A stretch of DNA of 64,000 bases, from the IMG/VR virus record IMGVR_UViG_3300017722_002753, positions 14,249 through 78,248 of that record; one strand, given 5' to 3'. How positions within the stretch are numbered: position 1 is the stretch's first letter; each line of letters starts with the position of its first letter. The notes below the pieces were generated by a model. It had not been told where the DNA came from, did not search any database, and saw only the letters and a program-made list of their open reading frames with translations. This stretch comes from a virus. Taxonomy: Duplodnaviria > Caudoviricetes. Position numbers and translations under genes: made by a program. Below, piece by piece: positions 49,773 through 58,199 of the stretch.

Positions 49773-51104
49773 ATGTCATTTTCAGCAACAGTAAATTTAG
49801 GAACAGTAGGAGTAGCAATTACTTCAGTTAAATTGTACGGATGTACAGGTATCAGTGGAGGTAGTTGTACCGGTTGTACCGCATTAACAGGATACGAAAG
49901 TGTGAGTGTAAGTACATTCCCAACATCAGGATTAACAGTAAGTGGTATACCAAACGGTGTAACTTACATTCAAGCGGAAGCTTTAGGTGCGTGTAGTGAC
50001 GACCTTGTTAAACAATGTATTTCAATATCAGGAATACCCGGTGCAACACCAGCTCCAACAAGTACTCCTACACCGACACCGACAGGAACATCAGCACCTA
50101 GTGCAACAGCAACCCCAACACCAACAGCAACTGCTGGTCCAACAGCAACACCAACACCAACAGCAACAGCGGGGCCTGGTCCAACAGCAACACCAACACC
50201 AACACCAACAGCAACTGAAACACCATATTATTTACAATTGAGTCGTTGTGATTCTGAACCCAATACAGTTACAGGATGGACGATAAATACATATGTACAA
50301 TCACAAATAATGGTTGGTGATATATTTTATTCTGCGGGTGGATTTTATTACCAAGTAATTAATTATCAAACAGCACAACCAAGTCCAGCTGGAACTATAG
50401 ATGGTTCAAAAGCATCTGAAGAATATCAAAGTTGTGATGATACACCAGAACATTATGTTGCACCACCTGTCAACCCAGGGGTAACATTATTAATTCATAC
50501 GGGTCAAACATTTAATAACACAACAGAACCTTGTGCTATGTATGAATCGGCAATTCAGACCAATAGTTTAAATGTTTATTTAAGTGGACACACAATACCA
50601 GCAAATGGTGATTACGCATATACAACGGCGGTTTGTAATGAAACATATATTGGAAATTCAGAATATTATGCATCATTGGTGAGTGGTGCTAGATATGTGT
50701 TTACAATTGGTGAATTTGGTTATATTAATAATGTAACTCTTTGTAGTGCAATACCAACCGCAACGCCAACGCCAACCCCTAGTCCAACAGCAACATCAGT
50801 AGTGTTATATGGAATATTTAGATCTACAGGATTATCGACTTCTAATGGTCATTGTAATAACAACTATGTAACCAATGCTCAATTCTATGGTCAAACAACA
50901 TCACCTAATAGTCTATATGGAACCATTGTGTATGCAGATACAGAATATACACCATTTGACGGTGGTAGTTTATGGTATGCTTTAGGTAATAATAGTCTAT
51001 CTAATACAAATGATTTACCATACTATTCAATACAAATCATTAGTACTGGTGAGGTAACTAGTGTACAATATTTAACAAGTTGTTCTAGTGGTTCTGATGC
51101 ATAA
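49773..51104 (+). CDS. Modular Cys-rich virion/decoration protein with PT linkers
   Basis: 443 aa; TATTTATA at 49761-49768; shares N- and C-terminal domain patterns with 47696..49195. Confidence 0.65.
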   Translation: MSFSATVNLGTVGVAITSVKLYGCTGISGGSCTGCTALTGYESVSVSTFPTSGLTVSGIPNGVTYIQAEALGACSDDLVKQCISISGIPGATPAPTSTPTPTPTGTSAPSATATPTPTATAGPTATPTPTATAGPGPTATPTPTPTATETPYYLQLSRCDSEPNTVTGWTINTYVQSQIMVGDIFYSAGGFYYQVINYQTAQPSPAGTIDGSKASEEYQSCDDTPEHYVAPPVNPGVTLLIHTGQTFNNTTEPCAMYESAIQTNSLNVYLSGHTIPANGDYAYTTAVCNETYIGNSEYYASLVSGARYVFTIGEFGYINNVTLCSAIPTATPTPTPSPTATSVVLYGIFRSTGLSTSNGHCNNNYVTNAQFYGQTTSPNSLYGTIVYADTEYTPFDGGSLWYALGNNSLSNTNDLPYYSIQIISTGEVTSVQYLTSCSSGSDA

Positions 51105-51131
51105 TATTAAAACAAAAAATAGATATAAAAT

Positions 51132-53261
51132 ATGAGCTTTCTTGATAGTAATAACTTAGAATTTTTAGCGGCAAAAATCACCCAAAAAGGGAGAAATGCA
51201 ATTGCTAAGGGTAATTTTAAAATTGATTATTTCCAAGTTGGGGATTCTGAGTATGATTACACAACACCATTTAATGTTTTAACAGGACAAACAACACATC
51301 AAAAAGTTATGGCACCATTTGACAAAGACAGTGGTGTGAAATATCCATTTGGTTTGGACTCAAATGTTATAACAACATATGGTGTACCGGTTCAAAATTC
51401 ATTAACAACAACAATTAGAAATATTATGGGTCCTGCGGGATTTGTTTCTAATTATTTAGAATATGATGCGGTTGAGTGTACAGGTACAACAGTTGAGTGT
51501 GTTGCAGATGAAGTATCGTTATCGAGCATTTCAGGAGGAACTTCAATTAATATTACAGACGGAGAAGAGTTTCAAAATTGTGGTTATATAACATTAGTGT
51601 TCGATAGATTCAATGGACCAACTGCGGTCATCACAGGTAACACAAACTCATTAGTTTATAAAGTTTTAAGTATATCAGGTAATACCCTTAATTTAGATAG
51701 AGCATTACCAAATCTTTCATCGTTAAGTGGTTATGCACAAGTTGTATGTAATAGTTGTGAACAGGAATACCCTATCACGGCAACAACTGCAAGTGTATGT
51801 TCACCAAACGATATTGACACAACACAACAATTAAATTCTTGGACACTTAATATTGTTTGGGATAAAAAATTAATAGGTACTGATGTCGGACCATTAGACG
51901 AAACATTATCAGGATACACTGGTAACAGATATGTTTCAGTTAAAGAATTATTGGGATACACTTCAACAGGACAAACGTTCACAAACATGACAGGAGGAAC
52001 TGTTGATTACCCAACATCATATAAAAATACGTTGGGCGAACAAATATTAGTTAAACCTAATGAACAAAGATGTATTGCGGTAATTCATTATTCAGAAGTC
52101 GGTGATTTAAGAAATGACCCCGAAAGATTTTTCAGATACGATGATTACATTAGTTATAAAACAGGAATTACAGGTTCAGATATTTCATTAGTTGATGATG
52201 CCGACGGAAACCCAATAAGTGATACTGAATATTTTGAAGTTTATTTACCATTCTTATTATATCATAGAAGTACAGGTACAACAATCGGAGCAAAGTTTTT
52301 AATGGATACAACTGACTACTACGTCAAGTCAACTAAAAACGAAAGACATCAGTTGATGTTTAGATTTTTATTAGATGAAATGGGTAATAGAGTTGGTAAA
52401 GTATTCACTAAAAATAAAATAGTAGTATTCGATGACCAAGAGTTAGTTGCAATTTTAGATTATAGAAGTAATAGAAAATATACATTACCTTCTCCTAAAG
52501 TCAATACCGTTGCAAGTGATGATGTTGAAGCGAATTCATTATTCTCAGGAACAACAGGACAAACATTTTTTGTTACCTATATGTTTAGTGATACACCATA
52601 CGGTACAAGTTCAGCGTTTAATGGATTACCATGCAACTATTTTACATCAATTAGTGGAGTAAAAGTACCATCAAGTTTAACAATCAAATTTAGTGGAACA
52701 TCATTCCAACATATGGAATCAACATTAAATGGATTTAGAAGTGGATTTAACGCAAAATATTTTTACGTATTAATTCAAGAAACCGACCCCGAAGAATCAC
52801 CAATATCTTTTAGTTGGACATTAATCGACAAAACAAGTAGTTTAACAACAACAGGTGGATACATCGTACCATCAAGTTTAACAGGTAATACCATTGTAAT
52901 TACACAAGATGATTTTGATAGTGGTGTTAATTTTGATTTAGAGACTCATATGGGTTTAGATTATTTAGGTTCACTAACATCTACAACACAACCACAATTT
53001 GGTGATGAACAACCATTTCCCGGTAGTATTCGTTTATTGAGAGCCATGGATATTGAAGAATTAAATTTCTTAGTTAACCTACCATCAACACAATTTACAA
53101 CAACACAAAACCCTACGTTTGTTAGTGGAACTGGAAATTATCCAATGATGACTGAAGTTGCTTTATTAGATAGTAATAAAGAAACATTAGTAGTAGCTAA
53201 AGCAACAACCCCAATAAAAAGATTGGGTACACAAGTTTTTGCGGTTAAGTTAGACTTCTAA
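51132..53261 (+). CDS. Tail-collar/fibre attachment-like structural protein with a large insert
   Basis: N-terminal KITQKGRNAIAKG..DYFQVGDSE and C-terminal TEVALLDSNKETLVVAK..PIKR resemble the two halves of the tail-collar fibre domain. Confidence 0.55.
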   Translation: MSFLDSNNLEFLAAKITQKGRNAIAKGNFKIDYFQVGDSEYDYTTPFNVLTGQTTHQKVMAPFDKDSGVKYPFGLDSNVITTYGVPVQNSLTTTIRNIMGPAGFVSNYLEYDAVECTGTTVECVADEVSLSSISGGTSINITDGEEFQNCGYITLVFDRFNGPTAVITGNTNSLVYKVLSISGNTLNLDRALPNLSSLSGYAQVVCNSCEQEYPITATTASVCSPNDIDTTQQLNSWTLNIVWDKKLIGTDVGPLDETLSGYTGNRYVSVKELLGYTSTGQTFTNMTGGTVDYPTSYKNTLGEQILVKPNEQRCIAVIHYSEVGDLRNDPERFFRYDDYISYKTGITGSDISLVDDADGNPISDTEYFEVYLPFLLYHRSTGTTIGAKFLMDTTDYYVKSTKNERHQLMFRFLLDEMGNRVGKVFTKNKIVVFDDQELVAILDYRSNRKYTLPSPKVNTVASDDVEANSLFSGTTGQTFFVTYMFSDTPYGTSSAFNGLPCNYFTSISGVKVPSSLTIKFSGTSFQHMESTLNGFRSGFNAKYFYVLIQETDPEESPISFSWTLIDKTSSLTTTGGYIVPSSLTGNTIVITQDDFDSGVNFDLETHMGLDYLGSLTSTTQPQFGDEQPFPGSIRLLRAMDIEELNFLVNLPSTQFTTTQNPTFVSGTGNYPMMTEVALLDSNKETLVVAKATTPIKRLGTQVFAVKLDF

Positions 53262-53299
53262 GCTTTACATTTCTAAAAATATTATTTATATATTTTTAT

Positions 53300-53911
53300 A
53301 TGGATAATAAACTAAAGAATAAGCCAAAAATTTTAGGTCTCGATATTTCGACCAAAACAATTGGGTGGGCCTTGTTTGATATGACAGGTTCAAAATTGTT
53401 GGAATTAACTCACTTCTCACCGAAGGTTAAACCACAACCAGAAGATAAGATTGAAGAGTTGTTAAAAAAAGCGGATGCTTTTAAAGAACACTTAGAAAAT
53501 TATAGAGACATGGGAATCACTCGTGTTATTATTGAGGAACCGTTGTTACAATCTAATAACATTTACACAGTTGGGACTCTATTAAGGTACAATACTTTGA
53601 TTTTAAAGAATTGTTATGACATTTTAGGTATAGTACCAACATTCATCTCAACATATAATGCAAGAAAATATGCATTCCCTGATTTGGTTGGACCAAATGA
53701 TAAAGGACGTAATGTTTTATTTGGTGGATACCCAAGAGACATTGATAAGAAACATGTTATTTGGGAACACGTAAACACTGTGTGTCCCGAGGTTACTTGG
53801 TTGTACGGTAAAACAGGTGCACTTAAAAAAGAAAATTATGATATGGCCGATGCTGCAACTGCGGTGATTGGTTTTGTTAATATGTTAAAGTTAGAAATAT
53901 CCGGCAACTAA
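53300..53911 (+). CDS. ruvC: RuvC-like Holliday junction resolvase
   Basis: ILGLDISTKTIGWALFD, IIEEPL and DMADAAT acidic active-site pattern. Confidence 0.8.
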   Translation: MDNKLKNKPKILGLDISTKTIGWALFDMTGSKLLELTHFSPKVKPQPEDKIEELLKKADAFKEHLENYRDMGITRVIIEEPLLQSNNIYTVGTLLRYNTLILKNCYDILGIVPTFISTYNARKYAFPDLVGPNDKGRNVLFGGYPRDIDKKHVIWEHVNTVCPEVTWLYGKTGALKKENYDMADAATAVIGFVNMLKLEISGN

Positions 53912-53950
53912 TATTTTACATTAGGAAAAATTTAGGATATATTTATTAAT

Positions 53951-54022
53951 AGGACGGGACCTGTAGAAATACAGGTTTGGTTGGTGTTCCCCGGGGAGTG
54001 GTGTTCCCGGGGATTTTTTTTT
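53951..54022 (+). ncRNA. Candidate small RNA of about 70 nt
   Basis: Preceded by TATTTATT (53940-47); GAAA-tetraloop hairpin 53957-53978; ends in a 10-bp hairpin plus T9; GC-rich island. Confidence 0.5.
53988..54022 (+). terminator. Intrinsic terminator
   Basis: tccccgggga-gtggtg-ttcccgggga followed by 9 T. Confidence 0.85.
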
Positions 54023-54051
54023 GTCAATACTTTTCCTTATATTTTTTCTAT

Positions 54052-54990
54052 ATGAACAAAGGAATCGAATTTGAACCTGTTATTGAGATTTTAGAAGACA
54101 TATTTGGTGATTATAAATTGCATAGCGATTATAAGGGTCAAATATCGTTCGATTGTCCTGTTTGCTCATATGATATTAAACAATTAGAACACGGAGACGG
54201 CAAAGGAAATCTTGAAATAAACTATAGAAGAGGTGTTTATAAATGTTGGTCGTGCGCTGAGACACATGAGACTCACGGGTCAATCTATAAGTTAATTAAA
54301 AAATATGGTAATCCTAGACAAAATAAAAAGTTCTTACTATTGATGCCCGAAGAGGTTGATGAGGTTAAAAGAATTTATAAAAAAGTTTATCTACCAAAAG
54401 AGTTTATTTCATTTAAAGACGTAAGTCAAGGTTTAAAATTAACACCCCAATTTAAACAAGCTTGGAATTATATTAAGAAAAGAAATATAACAGATGAAAT
54501 GATTGAGAAATTCAACATCGGATTCTGTTATAATGGTTTATATGAAAATAGAATCATAATACCATCTTATGATACCGAACTAACTTTAAATTATTTTATT
54601 GCACGTTCTTACTTATCAAAAACAAAATTAAAATATAAAAATCCCGAAGTACAAAAGGAAATCATCATATGGAATGAACACTTGATTAATTGGGAAGAAA
54701 GGTTATATATAGTTGAAGGAGCATTCGACAGTATTTTTGTACCTAACTCAATACCAATGCTTGGAAAGTTTATGTCTGACAATCTTTTTAAAACAATTTA
54801 TACTCAAGCCAAAAAAGATATTGTAATTGTTTTAGACCCCGATGCGTGGAATGATGCAACTAAATTGTACCATAAAATGAATTGTGGAAAATTAATGGGT
54901 AGGGTGTTTGTTGTTAAACTAGAAGGTGATGAAGACATTGCGGACCTAAAGGGTGATTTAGGTAATTATAAAATTAAACAAATAGATTAG
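54052..54990 (+). CDS. dnaG: DNA primase (zinc finger + TOPRIM)
   Basis: CPVC...CWSC, RIIIPSY, YIVEGAFD and VLDPDA. The track start at 53977 runs through a terminator; ATG 54052 is preferred. Confidence 0.9.
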   Translation: MNKGIEFEPVIEILEDIFGDYKLHSDYKGQISFDCPVCSYDIKQLEHGDGKGNLEINYRRGVYKCWSCAETHETHGSIYKLIKKYGNPRQNKKFLLLMPEEVDEVKRIYKKVYLPKEFISFKDVSQGLKLTPQFKQAWNYIKKRNITDEMIEKFNIGFCYNGLYENRIIIPSYDTELTLNYFIARSYLSKTKLKYKNPEVQKEIIIWNEHLINWEERLYIVEGAFDSIFVPNSIPMLGKFMSDNLFKTIYTQAKKDIVIVLDPDAWNDATKLYHKMNCGKLMGRVFVVKLEGDEDIADLKGDLGNYKIKQID

Positions 54991-55860
54991 ATGAATTTAT
55001 TAGACATCTCAAAAGAGATAAACGAACTATTAGAAAATAGAAGAAAAGAATTAGAATTAACTTTTATAGAAGAAGAACATATCTATTATATGAAAGATTT
55101 AGATGGTGAAATAAAAAGAAATTTTCCGTCTGTTTCTAAAATTATAAAGAAGTTTCATAAGCCATTTGATGCTGAAGGGATGGCATTAAAAATGTCAAAA
55201 GGTGACCCTGAAGGTCAAGCACAATTACTTGCCGAATGGAGACAAGCTGGAGACCTATCAACTAATATGGGTAGTCGTGTCCATTTTGAATTAGAATCTG
55301 ACACTATCGGTCGTTTTGGTAACTATAAAGAAGTTAGACAACCCATATTCGAAATTAACGAAGAACAACAACGTAAGAGCGATAACATGATTATCGCAGG
55401 AAAACAATTCCTTGATTTAATGTTAGAACGAGGTGGTGTTTTGTTAGATACTGAAATTGTATTAGGTGACCCAACAGAGCAATACACCGGACAACCAGAT
55501 AAAGTATGGTTGATGCAAACCAAAGACAAGGATAGTTTTGGGTTTGTTATCACAGATTGGAAAACAAACCAACCAAAGAACTTTGAGGTACATCATTATA
55601 CAGATAAATTATATCCACCATTTAACAATTATCATAATAACGCATTAGGACATTACTATCTACAACTTCCTTTATACGGAAGATTGTTGCGTAAGATGTT
55701 GGAGAACACAAAATATAGTGACACAAAATTATTAGGTAATGTGGTAGTTTTACTAAAAGAAGATGGAACGTTTGTAGAATATAAGGTTCCATCACAAATT
55801 AATAACGCAATCCAAGTAATGGATTTATCAAAATACATTTCAAGATGGTCAAAAAAATAA
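54991..55860 (+). CDS. PD-(D/E)XK exonuclease (RecB/Cas4-like superfamily)
   Basis: GSRVHFELE, TEIVL..GQPDKVW, ITDWKT and YYLQLPLY. Confidence 0.85.
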   Translation: MNLLDISKEINELLENRRKELELTFIEEEHIYYMKDLDGEIKRNFPSVSKIIKKFHKPFDAEGMALKMSKGDPEGQAQLLAEWRQAGDLSTNMGSRVHFELESDTIGRFGNYKEVRQPIFEINEEQQRKSDNMIIAGKQFLDLMLERGGVLLDTEIVLGDPTEQYTGQPDKVWLMQTKDKDSFGFVITDWKTNQPKNFEVHHYTDKLYPPFNNYHNNALGHYYLQLPLYGRLLRKMLENTKYSDTKLLGNVVVLLKEDGTFVEYKVPSQINNAIQVMDLSKYISRWSKK

Positions 55861-56663
55861 TTCACATTGCAGATATTCATATCAGAACAATTCAATTACA
55901 CGAATTGTACAAAGAACAATTTACAGAATTGTTAGGTGAATTAAATAATAAAGTATACGAGTGGAATGAAGAGGGAGTTAATTGGGATGAAATTAGAATT
56001 GTAATCGCGGGAGACCTTGCACATCAGAAAATTAACATATCAAATGAGCAATTAATGTTAACAAGTTGGTTCCTAAAAGAATTAACTGAATTTGGTAAAG
56101 TTATTATTATACCGGGTAACCACGACTTTTTAGAAAATAACACACAACGTATGGATAGTATAACACCCGTTGTTGAATTATTGAATAGTCCACATATCCA
56201 ATACTATAAAGATAGTGGCGTATATGAAGATGATAACATCAATTGGATAGTCTATTCGTTATACCAACATAACGCAAGACCCGAGTTTAAAAAAGAAGAA
56301 GGTCAGTTTAATGTTGGGTTATTTCACAGTCCAATACAAGGGATGTCTACAGATTTAGGTTATGAGTTTGAAGATGCATATGACCAATTAAACTTTGTCG
56401 ATTTGGATTTATTATTATGTGGTGACATACACAAAAGACAACAATTTACACTACCAAGTGGAGGAAGAGCCATTATGGTTGGTTCATTAATACAACAAAA
56501 TTTTGGTGAAACAGTTAGACATCATGGTTACGGCGTATATGATATGAAGAGTGATGAATATACATTTCACGATTTACAAAATGAGAAACCATTTCTTCAT
56601 TTTAAAATAACAGACATTAAAGATATTGAAAATGAAAAAGAAGTGCTCGTTAACCTTGGATAA
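55845..56663 (+). CDS. sbcD: Metallophosphoesterase nuclease (SbcD/Mre11/gp47-like)
   Basis: HIADIH, IAGDL, PGNHD, FH and CGDIH motifs. Confidence 0.88.
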   Translation: MVKKIIHIADIHIRTIQLHELYKEQFTELLGELNNKVYEWNEEGVNWDEIRIVIAGDLAHQKINISNEQLMLTSWFLKELTEFGKVIIIPGNHDFLENNTQRMDSITPVVELLNSPHIQYYKDSGVYEDDNINWIVYSLYQHNARPEFKKEEGQFNVGLFHSPIQGMSTDLGYEFEDAYDQLNFVDLDLLLCGDIHKRQQFTLPSGGRAIMVGSLIQQNFGETVRHHGYGVYDMKSDEYTFHDLQNEKPFLHFKITDIKDIENEKEVLVNLG

Positions 56664-57159
56664 TGAGTTTCTTCTTTATTGTGAATTAAACAATATAGAT
56701 GACACTGATAAACTTGCAAAGGAAACCTTCGAGAGAGGGTTTTCTTTATTGAAATATGGAGAAACCCCTACAGGAAACAGTACGGTAAAAGAAAAGATTG
56801 TTATAAAGGAAGTCCCCGTCGAAAAAATTGTTTATCAAGAGGTCATCAAGGAAGTTGAAGTGATTGTTGAGGTTATAAAGGAGGTCCCTATCGAAAAAAT
56901 TATCGAGATAATCAAAGAAGTCCCAATTCAAATAAAAGGTAATACCAAGGTAGTAACGAAAGAAATAATCAAAGAGGTCCCCATTGAAAAAATTGTATAC
57001 GTAACAAAAGAAGTGGTTGATACAAAAGAAATTGAAAAATTAACAGAAGAAAATAAAAAATTGAAAGACGAACTTGCAAAAATAAATACCTCATTAGAGA
57101 AGTTGAATAAGGGTAGGTTCCTTAAAAATAGTGATTTAGGTTCACTCTATAGTGAATAA
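56626..57159 (+). CDS. Hypothetical protein with (I/V)KEVP(I/V)EKI(V/I) repeats and a C-terminal coiled coil
   Basis: Repeats visible in the translation; overlaps the end of sbcD. Confidence 0.7.
   Translation: MKMKKKCSLTLDNEFLLYCELNNIDDTDKLAKETFERGFSLLKYGETPTGNSTVKEKIVIKEVPVEKIVYQEVIKEVEVIVEVIKEVPIEKIIEIIKEVPIQIKGNTKVVTKEIIKEVPIEKIVYVTKEVVDTKEIEKLTEENKKLKDELAKINTSLEKLNKGRFLKNSDLGSLYSE
56790..57020 (+). repeat. Coding EVIKEVP/EKIV repeats
   Basis: Several degenerate copies of aaggaagtccccgtcgaaaaaatt. Confidence 0.8.
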
Positions 57160-57225
57160 ATTCCGGCAATATATTTCCATTTACAAAAAAAATTACTTAT
57201 TCTTTACTAATAAACATTATACGAT

Positions 57226-57531
57226 ATGATTTTACTTTTTTGGGTTTTAGCGGCATATGGAATGACATCCATATTAGTTTGGGGTTCTATTTTTGAACCC
57301 ATGAGAATTTTTATAAAAAAACATTCTAAATTTTTTGGTGACCTAATTGAATGTACACTATGTACCTCAACATGGGTTGGTTTTTTTATGTCATTAGTTT
57401 TGGGTAGTTTAAGTAAACAATTTTTCGATAATTTTTTCATTGTTAATTTGTTTTTTGATGGAATGCTCACCGCTGGTTCGGTATGGGCATTAAATGCAAT
57501 AATCGAGTACTACGAAAACGCGGGTAAATAA
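57226..57531 (+). CDS. Small membrane protein (DUF1360-like)
   Basis: Hydrophobic segments and CTLCTSTW (CxxCxSxW). Confidence 0.7.
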   Translation: MILLFWVLAAYGMTSILVWGSIFEPMRIFIKKHSKFFGDLIECTLCTSTWVGFFMSLVLGSLSKQFFDNFFIVNLFFDGMLTAGSVWALNAIIEYYENAGK

Positions 57532-57566
57532 CCAACGTAATCGGCTCGAAAGAAAAAACAAACAAA

Positions 57567-58199
57567 ATGTTAGAAAATTATAACGATGAATACGTTTTAG
57601 TTAAAAAAAATAGTGTTGAACATTTAATATTATTAAGTCTCCATAGACAAATTGAATTAGACAATAAAAGAGAAATTGGTAAATGTTTACAGTTAGCTTG
57701 TGAGTACGTTTGTAAGAGTTTTATTAATGAACAAACAAGTTTAACATGTTTACTTAGAGAAGAATCGGAAGAAATTAAAACCGATAAGAATGCATCAGGT
57801 TTCGATTTAGTAACAACGGAAACATTGTTAACTATAAATGCAAAATGCAGAACCTCACAACTTCATATGGCACCAAGTGGTAGAAGAATGAGTTTCAAGA
57901 ATCAAAAAAGTTTAGACCAAGGTTACTCTCGTTATGCAATCGGCGAGTGTGATGTGTACATGATAGTGATACCAAACGATGATTATTTGGATTATACAAA
58001 ATGGGATTTCATAGCAATACCAGAATATGAATTATACGACTCAAAAATCCCTGGTTATCTTATAGGAACAGTACCAAAAGATATTGCAGAAAAATACAAA
58101 GGAATTGAAAAATCAATCTTAACTTTACAAGAGTTAAACGAAAAAAAGAAACAAATAATATTAGAAATTTCTAATGAAATACAACAATCCATTTATTAA
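57567..58199 (+). CDS. Hypothetical protein, possible restriction-endonuclease-fold nuclease
   Basis: EIGKCLQLACE helix, GFDL...TINAKCR and ECDVYMIV..WDFIAIP fit a PD-(D/E)XK-type layout with a non-canonical N-x-K. Confidence 0.5.
   Translation: MLENYNDEYVLVKKNSVEHLILLSLHRQIELDNKREIGKCLQLACEYVCKSFINEQTSLTCLLREESEEIKTDKNASGFDLVTTETLLTINAKCRTSQLHMAPSGRRMSFKNQKSLDQGYSRYAIGECDVYMIVIPNDDYLDYTKWDFIAIPEYELYDSKIPGYLIGTVPKDIAEKYKGIEKSILTLQELNEKKKQIILEISNEIQQSIY

Noticed and set aside
53951-54022. tRNA gene
   Set aside because: Two hairpins only; no cloverleaf, TTC T-loop or acceptor stem. No tRNA was seen elsewhere in the window.
53977-54051. Extended N-termini from the ORF track (53977 primase, 17229 recA, 61170, 14738, 31424)
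   Set aside because: These extensions run through terminators or overlap upstream genes; downstream ATGs with A-rich leaders fit better.
54991-55860. Cas4 as part of a CRISPR-Cas system
   Set aside because: It has a PD-(D/E)XK core but no Fe-S Cys cluster, no other cas genes and no array; the replication context fits a phage exonuclease.
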